DNA of 35,687 nt from Bigelowiella natans CCMP2755 (GCA_000320545.1 ADNK01000417.1:1-35687), one strand, 5' to 3'. Shown: positions 23,788 through 35,687, numbered from the stretch's first letter. The notes: generated by a model not told the origin, from the sequence alone. Made by a program: numbers and translations.

Positions 23788-25950
23788 TGCTGAGTGCTAC
23801 TACCAACTCTCTGCACCCCGTCCACAATCCATTTCTCAGCCCCACAGTTCGGGCCACAGCTGTGATTCATGAATCGCCCGTTGTTAGCCATTTCCGTTGC
23901 ATCTATGATCATCGAGTTGTTAACCTGATTGATTGAGGGGGGGGGGGGTCCAAAAAATGCAGGCATCATTTCATCGAATTTGCTTATCCATCCCACTTTT
24001 AAAGAGGAAGAGAGTAATAACCTCAAGAAAGTAAAAGTTCTTTGCTCCAGCTTCCTGCATCTTCTTCATCCGTACGTCACACTCCTTTCGATCGATGATC
24101 TGATGATGAAGAACAGTGTAAGGCCATTACGCAGCAGTGGAAGAAGGACTGCGAAGAAAATATTGAGAGAATCATCACCTCCCCCACGTATTCTATGATG
24201 AGGTCGTCCTCTTTGACATCATTTTTCGCAAACATCCCAAATCCTCGGTTCGCCGTGTACTTGATTACATGGGGTGTCCACTCACGTCTACTGAGCCTTT
24301 GATTCTACGGTTTGGCAGCAAAAAAAACGATGCAAAGAATTGCGAATTTAGTAGTAGTCCTGTGCGCGTTGGAGATAAAAAAAATACGTGGTATTCGTTA
24401 TGCCTTGCTGTTGGGAAAATGCAGCACAAGTGGTGCGTGTGGTGCGACACAAGTGTTTGACAGGAAGGACAAACCCTGCAGAACTTCGAATCGCAGGTTT
24501 TCTTGTAGCACTCTAGCTTCATTGCACGGTTGTGGCAAGACCCCGTCCCGCACATTCCCTCTCCAACCTGGATCATATGTCGGGTTACTCACTCATTAAG
24601 TACTGTCTGCACAACGACGAATGGTTGTATTATTCCACGGTAGCATCGACGTTCTTCATGGAAAATAATAAGATCGATAGTAATACCTTGCAATTGCACT
24701 TCGGTTCGTCGCCTTTCGCATAGCCTGTTTGGGGCTTTTTAATGAAGAATCTGTTTACTGCCAATTTCTTAAACTTTGGAGGGCGTTTCCGGAGAGCCTA
24801 TTATCAAGATGGATTAGTGACAGCAGCACATCGATATCTGTGAAGTGGCGGCACTCATAAGAGCGGACAGTATAATCGTCATCATTTGTCAATATATAGG
24901 TGCTGCTACTACCTCACGTTGCCTGATCTTCTCCACATCCATCTTAATTTTGCTTGGGATTTTGAACTCGCTTGTAGATGAAGGCAGGGGGGATCTCCAT
25001 ATTCCCAAGGGGATAAAGCCCTCAAGCACCTCAGATATTCTGTCCTTCTTGACAGGCTTACGGGGAGGTAAGAAGTCCTCTCCAAATATTCGAATCTCAT
25101 TGTAGTGATTCAGAGCTGCCCTTTTGTTTACGTCCTCAAATTGGTATTTATGACGATGCTTGCTACAGACCATGTAGTAGTCTGATATCAAATCCTCACA
25201 TCCAATTCCGCAATTAGGCATATGACGTGCGGTGAGGCAATCTACACATCTCTTTATCTTGACATTCATCTTGGATTCGCAAAGGTGGCACTCATGGCCC
25301 GGGCATTTGAACCCTTTGAGTTTGTTCGCCTTTATCTTTGGCGGAAGGCATTCGCGGTGAAAGAAAACAAAGCAATTCTTCTTATTGCATTTCAGAACAG
25401 TTCCCGAGTAATCCATGTCTTTGACTGAACGAGGTTCCCCAACACTTCCATCATCATCACCGACGGCATCACTCTCTGCTGGTACGTTCTCCGCATTGTC
25501 GTTTTCTTTTGCGGAATCCTCACTTGACGATGCTGTTGAACTGTCTTTAGAGCAGAGCCAAGAATCTATATCTACAACTGTTCCGTACTTTTTGCAGCCC
25601 ATGCACATCCAGCGATTCTGGGAGCAGTTTTGACATTCCCAGTCTTTTTTCTGGTCATCACTAAGTTGTTCGTTGTCTTCTCCTGCTCGGCAGCAGCCCA
25701 AATGGAATACGCGCTCGCATTTGTTGCAAGTCAAACCATCGTCCCCGATGATTCCACGACAAGCGAAGCATGATTTGTACCCTTTCCTCGATGATTTTTT
25801 TGGGGGATTATTATCTTCAGAGATTTCTGTTGTTGGGCCTTCCCTATCCTTATCCAACGCAGCTAGCGACGGCAGGGTGCTGCAGTCAAACTGCGACGCA
25901 TTTCCGATTTCCTGTTTTTCAACGGCTCCGCATGGATTGGGCGAAGCCAT
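23095..25950 (-). CDS. Histone-lysine N-methyltransferase, NSD/ASH1(ASHH)-like H3K36 type: PHD fingers + AWS + SET + post-SET; ~9 exons
   Basis: CFAC..CNKCERVFHLGC..WECQNC; CFVFFHREC..FKCPGHEC; CHNRAMKLEC..C; RGFGMFA..LIIEYVGE|II; IDATEMANNGRFMNHSCGPNC; GTELTWDY; CLCGAKNCSG; last exon LFLIRNVKKV..SRNA*. Confidence 0.92.
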
Positions 25951-27000
25951 GAAAAGATTCCCCCCCCCTTGCTTCTAGACAAAAGAAGTTGCTCTGGTGG
26001 CGGGAAAGTGACACTCTGCGTCGGCTCTGAAATTACCTCCCCGGGATTTATCACATAAAAACGGGATTTTTACGAATATGAGATAATGCCCGTGCAATAT
26101 ATGTGAAAGACCCACAACATTGCACTCAATTACAAAATATGACAAAATCCGTTGAACTTGTAGCAAGTCGCTGAGATTTTCTAAACCCGAATTATTGTTT
26201 AAAATCGTTTGAGTTGCATCGAATCAGATTTATCTTTATGTTGAGTTTCGTTAAATAAATCTGTTAATATTTAATTAAAATAAATATTTGGATGTCGTAT
26301 AAATAAATAATAATATTTTTCTTAATATTTATTTGATAAAATGTTTACATCTACGTTCTAAAAAAGTATATGAGAATTTCGACGATTGCGCAAACCTACC
26401 TTATAAGATTGTTACTGTACAATAAATCTGTGCATATTTTGCGAATAAATGACAGTTTACGCCTATAATTTCCATAATTCCATGAGTAAGTAATGATTTA
26501 GAAGGGATTGTTGTATGGTTCTTAACAATAACAATCTTGAACGTCCTTCCCGCCTACAATGAACAAACTTTCCAGATTTAGCAATAGATAATCGATTACA
26601 TCTTTATAAGGAATGTGAGGTGAAAAATGAAATAATTTACACAAAAGTATGCATAATCACATGTATCGAATGGTACATTCTTCCAATTACTTCATATTTT
26701 CATCTTTTCTTTTTTTCAGAATGAATTTGGCATTACTCCATACCCTCAGATAGGCGTAATAGATGGTATTTATCAATTTATATCCCAAAAACTCTTGGAA
26801 AATTGAAAATCCGGACTCCCGAATTATTATCTCTCCTCGTATTTGGTATATTGGTCTGAACTTCGTCGAAACTTCTCCCCAGAACCTAACCCGCCCACCA
26901 ACCGAAGATCAGTGGATCTACAAGCGTAAGGGGTGACCCCGCTTGATCCATACTAGGGCGTCTCGGGATCCACGAATTATTCGTGCGAAGCCCTGGGACC

Positions 27001-27552
27001 ATGCAGTCGAGACCCCCGCAAATTCGGGAGGACTTCTCAGAGGTTCAAGCCTTAAAAAGATGCATACGGCGAAGAAATTCGCAAGTTGCACTTATTTTGG
27101 CTGTTGTACTCATATCGTTGTCTGCGTGTCTCATGCCACAAACTTCGCGCGATCGTTTTGTTGGAAACAATGGATCGATCCAGAAGAATGAGTACGGTCA
27201 ACAAAAAACATCCGAATGGTTGTTCCGAGAGTCAACCCTCGACGCTCCATTCTCTTTTCGTTCACGGTTGGGACGAAGATATCAAGGAGGAGGACTCATG
27301 GGGAAGCCGGTAATTGATACTCACCGAGGTGATTCCGTGTTTAGACGGGATCGTGCCGGCAAGGTTCTTGCGTATCGAGGTGGTGCTGCTGGTGATGCAG
27401 CTGGTGCCAATTCCTCAAACGCGCGCACCAGTGGACGTGGAAGAGGTGGTTCATTTTTTCTTCAAGAAAATTTCGATGATGTCTGTTACTGTAAACTCCG
27501 TATGGAGCAACGGGTGTGGTCTTCAACATTGAAGGCCAAAATTGCCCAGTGA
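27001..27552 (+). CDS. ORF with signal-anchor-like segment; either an upstream exon of the GH5 gene or a separate interrupted gene
   Basis: MQSRPPQ..RRRNSQVALILAVVLISLSACL..VLAYRGGAAGD..; coding-like composition until ~27450, then runs into degenerate sequence. The splice link to the downstream gene is unresolved. Confidence 0.45.
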   Translation: MQSRPPQIREDFSEVQALKRCIRRRNSQVALILAVVLISLSACLMPQTSRDRFVGNNGSIQKNEYGQQKTSEWLFRESTLDAPFSFRSRLGRRYQGGGLMGKPVIDTHRGDSVFRRDRAGKVLAYRGGAAGDAAGANSSNARTSGRGRGGSFFLQENFDDVCYCKLRMEQRVWSSTLKAKIAQ

Positions 27553-28419
27553 GATTTTCTCACTCATGAGGAAGAGTATGAACTCGTACGGCAGACTCAT
27601 TATCTGCCTTCCTCCATTGCAGTTGTGCTGTGTGAATGCAATCGGACGACAAGGATGGTTGAGTTCATCAGTCACGTGAATTAGAATCTGTGTTAATGTG
27701 CCCCAAGAAGGAATCATCGTTCGTTCCTTCTGCAATTGCTCATGCCACGCACGCTGTATCAACGTTCGTCATCAAGGCGGAGCGCATGTGCGCGATGAAT
27801 TTGTCACGTGGCTAGGTAGGGCGCGCGCACTGCACAAATACGCATGGTGTTTATCTGAGGTTACAACCTACGTACGCGTGCATGTTGTCGTTTGTCATCA
27901 TCAGCTAGTGCAGTCGCACGTGCTAGCTGGCTAGCTGGTGTGGACAATGTGCAGGAGACAACTAGGCGTTGATGATCGAGAGTGGAGAGGCATGCCATGC
28001 TAGCATGCTGTGCTAGCATGTCTTGCTAGCTAGCTAGCTTGGCACGTGCACAGCTAGCTAGACAGGCTGCCAACAACACATGCCAGCATCTGGCATTCGC
28101 TCGGCTGCAGTTGCAATCACAGCTGGAACCGATCGACGTGATGCACAACGTGCACCAGTGCACTCGCAGCGTGCCTGTTCACAGTCGTCGTTCAGCACTC
28201 CGTCGTTCCTGCTAGCCAGCTGGGTCCCAGGCTGCAGCTGGCTAGCTGGCCAGCCATGCAGCAGGTTCGACGATTGGGACTCAGCATGGCCACGCTTTTT
28301 TGCTGGCATGCCAGCATGGATGGCATGTACATGGTGGCGACCATCGTTTGCGCATGCCTGCATTCCGTGTCGCGCATCTCTAGATCTAGACGATCTCTGG
28401 CTAGCTAGCTGAACATGCA

Positions 28420-28670
28420 TGCGATGTGTGTGGGCAGGGCACACGTCAATGCACGCCCATCCGATCCGACCTGAACTACCTTCTGCATTTGTTGTCCTAC
28501 GACATAGATCCATTTCATGACGTAGGCACAAAATGCAGGTGAATTGTCCGTGTCGCACGTTGAAAACGTAGCTTCGTAACGAAAGGAAGAATCTCTCAAC
28601 AACCTCGTCTACACCCAGTGCCGGTGCATTTACAGCATCGCATCCCGTAGCAAAGGCATGGGGCCCGGGA
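28420..28670 (-). mobile_element. Possible decayed retroviral-type (rve/DDE) integrase fragment
   Basis: With one frameshift it reads PHAFAT..VDEVVERFF/FRYEATFSTCDTDNSPAFCAYVMKWIY, resembling the 'PEAF..RFG.P..i.tDNgpaF.s.vmk' integrase core. It lies within palindrome-rich degraded DNA. Confidence 0.35.
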
Positions 28671-29590
28671 CGAGCCCACTGCTCTCCCAGCAAAGGAATT
28701 TAGATGAGCAGATTAACAACTCTGACCCGAAATTCGAGCAGAAATCGAAAAAAAACAACTCTTCGTCGCTTGCTCCGATCATAACGGTGACTCACCACAT
28801 TGACATCAATCACATGTATGACTTTACTGCTTATCTTTATTAAGAATGATAGTGTTCATTGCTGTAAAGTATTTCCCGCATTTGACCCTCGCTATGCTCC
28901 CCTCTTCCCTCCCCTTCTTGTCTCTTCTCTCTCTCTTTCACTTAGGAACAACCAACCTATGAGAACGAGAGCAAGGCTCCCTTAACAAGTCCCCTAAAAC
29001 CTGAAGATGTTACAATTGACATTGCGAATGTCAAGGTGATGTAATACCTTGTACTGACCATGGATACCATGTTCTAATTTTAAACCTGGTTTAAGATCTT
29101 TAAGTATTGGGGCGCCAACTAACTCGTTACATGCATTAGGAAACACCGTTGAAAGAGTCCAAGGTGGATGCCAATATAAGCATACGGTAGAACGATAGTA
29201 GACCTTGGGCTATTCCACAGAAATTACTCACTTTTTCCTCCTATTTGTTAGTGTGGAGGGGAATCAATTCAGGGACTTGAAGGGCAGACAGGTGCTGCTG
29301 AGGGGAGTCAACGTATCCGGTATTACACCCATAAACGACAAAAACGATGCTGCCACTAAACCGCTTACCCTTTCGTTTTACGTACAATGTCATATTGAGA
29401 TTGTATATTCGCTTGGATAGCAAATGCAATGCGATGCGTCACATGCCTCGACATCATGGTACACATTCACGTTAAACTCCACTTGAAGGATCAGCGAAAA
29501 TGCCGACAACGCCGCTGGGCTCCACGCACTTGAAGAAGAACCTGTTTAAGAATGTAAACTACATTTTTTGTACCTCTTCAAATATGTGGA

Positions 29591-29633
<43 letters not shown>

Positions 29634-30622
29634 CTTCTTTTTCTTCTTCTTCATTGTGAAATCATGAGTGGATCTTCCAAATTAGGTCGAAAGTGTTGAT
29701 TTCGTCGGCAGACCATTCCCTCTTGATGAGTGCAATGCACACTTTCGCAGGTTGTTATTCACTGACATGATGAGTCGGTATCACCATCTTATATTTGCAT
29801 TCCATTTATTTTTTTCTCTTGCTCAGATTACGATGCTGGGGGTTCAACTACATCCGGTGATAGCAGTAGTAGTAGTAGTAATGTAGTAGTAGCTCTAGTG
29901 GTGTACTATTCATCGTGTATGTACTTCATTGCATACTAACATGCCGTCCATAAATCCCCCATTCAATATCTCCCTACTGGCCCTGAGATGTGAATTGACA
30001 ACTCGCTCTTTTTGCATGCTAACACCGACGTAAAGTTGGGTTCAGCGAGAAAAGCGTGCTTACTCAAGCCTACTTCTCACGCTCGCTACTGTCGAATATG
30101 ACTACGCTAATTGGATATGATTATTTCGTATTTCGTCAGACTTGTGATAACGTGGGAAGCCATCGAGCACCGAGGGCCAGGATTGTATGATGAGAAGTAT
30201 ATCAAGTATCTTCGGGAGGTCGGTTCATTAGCCACCATAAACACTAGCAGATGATGATGAAGATGACTGCCCTCTCGAATATTTTCCATCTTTATAAGTG
30301 ACGCCTATGAGTTCTCTTGTCGCTCTTTGCAGGAATATAGATTTGACTGTTTGCCTTTCTTACTGTATCTTATAGTAGTAACTACCATCCTCATCATCAT
30401 CACCATCACCATTCAGGTTGCTCGTATAGCTGGGGAAAATGACATTTATATCTACGTTGACCCCCACCAAGATGTCTGGAGCCGATTCACCGGCGGTGCG
30501 TTCCCTATTACAACAACAACTACTGCTCGTTCTGTTGCTGATGATACCTGGATCCTCTATGAGCTGAATGAGGGAATGTATAACATGCATGTCTACTATG
30601 TACACACTGCGTGTGTGTTTGT

Positions 30623-30662
<40 letters not shown>

Positions 30663-31001
30663 TTTATTATTATTGTTAAAATATCAATCCACAGGATGCG
30701 GAGCCCCAGCGTGGACGTTAGAATTAGCAGGGTTCGATTTGCAGAATATGGGAGAGACAGGAGCTTGCATCACTCAGCAGGTTGATTCCAAAGTTCATTG
30801 TGAGGAGGAAGAAACACACGATGATCGTTATTATGCTCGTCGCTGGAAGACACGTCGTTACCATCATCATGCTCAAGCTTGCTTGATATCAGGAATATGA
30901 CCCTAGTCCGGATGCGTTTCCGCTAATGTTATGGCCGACGAATCTGTGAGTTTATCAATGCGAATAGATATATTATGTGTGGGGGGGTGGGGGGTTATGT
31001 G

Positions 31002-31038
<37 letters not shown>

Positions 31039-32004
31039 AGTATAGACTATTTACGCGAAGCGAAGATTCTCCGTTATTGAGTTGTATACATATAACATAT
31101 TTTTTTATATGTTGGAACATTGCAGATACAAGCTTGCATGTGCGACGATGTTCACGTTATTCTGGTGAGTTGTCACATGATCGATCCAAAAACAAACCAT
31201 TCCTACTTTCAGAAAACAGAAGAAAAAAAACACAAATCCATTATTTGCAAAAAGCCTCGCAACATGGCAGCAGCTGGCCTGTACCATGAAAGCACTCCTT
31301 CGCTGTCCCAAATTCCGAAATAATGCCGCTACACTACTTACTATTTTGTCATGCTCTACTGATGAGGAAAAGGAGTGGGTGGCCAGAAAATCGTATTGTA
31401 TCATCTCCTCCGCCATCGTCCACGCATTCGTGTATGGGTTGTGTGTTTTCACTAGATACTAATCATTGTTGTTAAGGTCCGGCAAGGATTTCGCTCCAAA
31501 GCTAAATGTGGGGGAGGGGGTACGGAACATGAAAACACACACGCTGAATCATATATCAAAAAGAACAAGCTCATTCTGGTGAAAAAACAGGCAAACACCT
31601 AAATCGTCCTCTCAATAGCCTGGCGCCGTAGTTTTTATTGTTAAGTATATTCCAATAGTATTGGGGAAACATGCACGTATTGCATGCTGCTTCGGTTTTC
31701 GGTTGTTGAAAAGCCGTACTCGCTACCTCATTGTTGGTTATGGCTGGAGAACCTCTCACCTGTCACCATTCTCATATTATGATTTGCATGGATTTGAACA
31801 AAAAGGGTTGTCGTGTGGAAAAGCTCAGCTGCATCAAGCTTGCAGCAGGAGTTAGAGGCGAACCTGATGATCAAAAACAACAAGGAGAAGAAAAGGTGTG
31901 TGTGCTAATTATTACATGGTGATGATTGTGAGGGTGGCGCAGGGAAATCAGACGGGGGTTGCAATACATGACACAGCATTGATATCATAAAAGAGTGACC
32001 TTGT

Positions 32005-32043
<39 letters not shown>

Positions 32044-33602
32044 GCGCGCGCGCGTGTGTGTGTGTGCGTACGCGTGTATTCGTATGAGCTTATGATATTA
32101 ACGAAGGCATATGATTTTGTTGTTATGTTTCCATCGTTTGATACATTTAGGAGATCAAACTCCCGCCGGGAACAAGAACGGTGGTCAAATTGTTGTCAAG
32201 ACAACGCTTGTCGCTCTAGAAAAAAAGAAAACAACAACAACAATGACGACGACGAATGCACGCTAGTGTTTTCTGCCATTATTGTGTGATGAGAAGCGAT
32301 TGTCCCCACGGGCTGATGACCTTCACTATTATCTGTTTGCATCGTTGCTTTCAGGTATCGAAGCCAACCAATATCCAAGACTACTTGCAAGGATGCTATA
32401 TCGCTGCAATGAGGTCAAAACAACAGACCGCACATATTTCTTAGGTGTTGTTGTTGTTGTTGTTGTTTTTGCGAAATTTGCTTTAGTTGTTATTATCATG
32501 ATTACTCGAATGAGCGTTGGTCTTTTCTTAGAGCTGTGGCCAAAGAACTGCGTGGCCTTCCTAATGTGCTCGGGTACTAGTAACTAACGCTCTAGTAACC
32601 AACAGAGACGAGATGTTATCGTTAAATGGTGGTGTTTCAAAAGAAAGAAGGTATGAGGGTGAACACAAGTTGCGTGTTTATTTGGGTAAAGATTGGCCGA
32701 GCAGAGAGTCAATACGCCTCTCGCTTGATTTCCAAAATATTTGGAATTTGAATCGATTTTGATCACTTTCCGATTGGCAATAAAAAGTGACTGTATATCA
32801 CCATTGTCGCTGTGAAATGCTGAATAAGAGGATGTCATCATTACTGCCATCATCATTGCTGATCAACGGGGTTCATTATCTTAACTACATTTCAATCAGA
32901 GAGAGAGAGAGAGAGAGAGAGAAAGCGTGCAATGCTCTTAACATCACGTTGTGTCCTCTCCCTTTATCCACCACTAAAATGATAGGTTCGGTACAATGAA
33001 CGAGCCGCACAATGGTTATCACGGCCTGACAAACCTTAACAGGTGGTGATGATGATGGTGGTGGTGGTGGTCCTCATTGCACCCATTTAAACAACCAACA
33101 GCATCTTCATTAGTTTTTCCTACGAGAGGACAGTACAATTTATGCACTACGCAATGAGATTCGTTCTATTTCATCATATTGAGTCTATTGAAATCCGCAA
33201 AAACCAACAGCGTCTGGGGTCAGTTGACCAACGGCGTGTTCCCAACGCCATTCCAATCGTTTTGTGCTGCAGATGGCATGGCAACCAAGGTCATCGTCGT
33301 TTTTCATGTTGAACCTAATAGACGACCTTACATAGCGTTGTTGTGTTTCATGCTCATATATTCGGTGCGAATTCGTGCAGTATCGATCTACGATTTGCAT
33401 CTCAAAAACAAGTCGTGTGTGTTGTTTGAGGCAAGCCCGTCCTTGTGCCGTTCGCTGTTGCTGTTTTATTGTGCAGGTTCGAAACTATGTTCCAGGCTGC
33501 TGTGCATTCGTGTGCGGGTACTAGATTATAATATAGTTAATGCAACTACGAATGATGGAGATGGTGATCCCGATGATGACAACGATAATAACGACCGCTA
33601 TC

Positions 33603-33650
<48 letters not shown>

Positions 33651-33722
33651 TAATATTTCAGGTGTGCGATCGATTCTTTTACGTTAAATCCTCTTGGCAA
33701 ACGTGCATGGCTACCGGTAGTA

Positions 33723-33763
<41 letters not shown>

Positions 33764-34400
33764 CTAACTCAAGTAAGAGTGTCTTGTGACACTAATCACC
33801 AAAAATTAAAATAAAGATTTTACAAATTTACTACTTAAATGGAGTTCCTACCAATTTAGTCTTGATGAGAAATCGTCTACAATCATTTCTTAAAAGTTGG
33901 TGTTTCTTCTTCTCATCGGTTGATATGATAACAACCATTGCATTGACGTCCACACAGGGCCGCGAATGCGTTTGGAAAATGCATGGAGTTTGGGAGATGA
34001 AAGGAACCAGCAAAGCAGGACCGCAAAATCCAGGCAGTCCAGTGCTCAACAAGCCAGGGTACAATGATGTTATTTCGCACGGTGCTGATACTTCAAAAGA
34101 AAGAAATCGCAGAATAACACAAACACGACGATGATTTTTGCCACTTTGCCGTGTTGGGGGACAACAAGCGTGTGTCTCCGCCATTCTTTCACTAAGTGCA
34201 ATGTTTTCCCTTCACATCATCATCATTATCATCATTTTTGCCCGTGATTGTATTGTCTTTGAGTAAGGATGCAATCTCCCCTTCCCGCGTATGTTGTTAT
34301 TATATGATCAACACATACTTCATAGTTACTTCAACAACGGCAAAGACTGGTCTACCACATATTATCTACCATTCGCACAGCGGTACTACTGTAGTAGTAC

Positions 34401-34436
<36 letters not shown>

Positions 34437-34486
34437 ATACGCATAATACTTATCGTACTTTTGCAGAATCCTCACCCCTCCCCTTT

Positions 34487-34572
<86 letters not shown>

Positions 34573-34765
34573 AGTGTTGTGTGTGTCTCCTGTATTATAA
34601 CGGATCTTGCTGCTGCTGCTGTACTACTACTACTACTACTACTACTACTTGTTGCTATTGTTACATTCTCGATCGGTGACAACAACAACAACAACAACTA
34701 TCCTTCACGTCATCATGCATGATCCAGCTATGCTCAAATGCTTCACGAGGTCCCTCCTTATCGTA

Positions 34766-34798
<33 letters not shown>

Positions 34799-35618
34799 CA
34801 TAATCTTCTCTTACCACCTACTCTTCAATACCCCTGCATCGCATCCTTGAATTGCGCGAATGATGGTCTAATGCGTCCATGATTTCGCTTCAATATCGAA
34901 TCGGAGAACACGTATTTCTTCACCATTTTTAAAAAAAGAGAAAATTCGATTTGCTGGAGTTGGTTTGAATGAGAGAAAGGTTGGATGTAAGCATGATTGG
35001 CTCTGCTTTGTTTTCTTAGATCGAAGAAGATTGGCATTGCTACATTGAGGTCCCCCCAGCCGGTGTTGCTCCAGGAGTCAAATTTCCTCGGATACGAAGT
35101 GAGACGGTAGTTGATCAAAGATACATCCTCCATCGACGCGTATTGTGAGTATACTAAAAGCGCGACATTTGGAAACACTATTCCTTGACGATGCGGACAG
35201 CGACGATCATTCGTCTTGTTTATATTTCGAGTACTAGTGATTAATAACTGAGAGTTTGTTCTTCGTTGTGTTTCTGGCATTATCATTTCCTACCGCTACT
35301 ATCTTCCCAGATTCCAAATGCTGTCAATGCTACGCACTGGTACGATGGCTTCAGTCTCTTCTCAGGAAACTTACAGTACGTATTGTTGTCGCAACGAAGC
35401 CTATCTCGCAACACTAGCATCGATAAGAAACAGCACTTTGATTGGGTTTTAAGAGTGAAGAAAAACGCCAGAGATGTCTGTCTTTGTGTCGCCATCTTGG
35501 ATTTGAGTTAAATGATAATCCGGTGATATATTGCATGTTGTTTAGAATCAATTGGAATGTAGATGTGGAGACTGCCATACCGAAGTTTGGTGCTTGCAGT
35601 GTCAGAGCGATGTTTAAG
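28658..35618 (+). CDS. Glycoside hydrolase family 5 (GH5_12-like; EGCrP/EGH1 glucosylceramidase or steryl-beta-glucosidase); >20 exons, start uncertain, 3' end outside window
   Basis: [23 protein letters not shown]|SAKMP; [19 protein letters not shown]|[10 protein letters not shown]|[24 protein letters not shown]; [15 protein letters not shown]|CGAPAWT; LWPTNL|[13 protein letters not shown]|SGKDFAP; NIQDYLQ; acid/base motif FGTMNEPH; CVWKMHGVW; VNATHWYDG. Confidence 0.9.
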
Positions 35619-35624
35619 GTTATA

Positions 35625-35668
<44 letters not shown>

Positions 35669-35687
35669 AACTCTGTCAAAAGTATGC

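Noticed and set aside
25951-26054. Frameshifted N-terminal extension of the SET gene across a G-run
   Set aside because: The upstream frame has no ATG start or recognisable domain, and the ATG at 25950 gives a complete-looking protein. It cannot be excluded without reads.
29970-30100. Intronic CTGAGA with pairing segments as a TPP riboswitch
   Set aside because: Lacks the downstream ACCTGAT..GNTAAT..CGNAGG core, and the host gene is unrelated to thiamine.
32285-32345. GTGATGA..CTGA as a C/D box snoRNA
   Set aside because: Only ~20 nt between the boxes, no terminal D box or stem, no recognisable rRNA guide; TGATGA is common here because of (GAT)n repeats.
34825-35286. 153-aa minus-strand ORF as a nested gene
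   Set aside because: It is antisense to a GH5 exon ([13 protein letters not shown]..) and flanking introns, and no domain is recognisable.
75-35618. The gene set as a functional cluster or pathway
   Set aside because: Transport, nuclear pore, photoprotection, kinase, TCA cycle, chromatin and glycolipid functions share no evident pathway.

Overview
Intron-rich, microsatellite-laden eukaryotic nuclear DNA from an alga with a secondary plastid. The LHC protein has a signal peptide plus transit-like leader without a diatom-type ASAFAP motif, which fits a chlorarachniophyte such as Bigelowiella; this is inference. Manual splicing gives nine protein genes: an Lsi2/ArsB-type transporter (+, 5'-truncated), a presequence-bearing ankyrin protein (-), Nup93/Nic96 (+), a DUF975-like membrane protein (-), an LHCX/LI818 antenna protein (+), a NEK kinase (-), DLST/E2o (+), a PHD-AWS-SET histone methyltransferase (-) and a GH5 glucosylceramidase/sterylglucosidase-like hydrolase (+, 3'-truncated). 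Their strands alternate strictly. Every convergent gap is filled with GCTAGC/GCATGC-rich DNA. Three of the four gaps carry copies of a ~100-150 bp double-hairpin repeat, which shows one compensatory base change and 13-14 bp flanking duplications and is the most novel-looking signal here. A possible decayed integrase relic lies at ~28.4-28.7 kb. No rRNA, tRNA or CRISPR array was seen. All exon boundaries were read by eye and are approximate.
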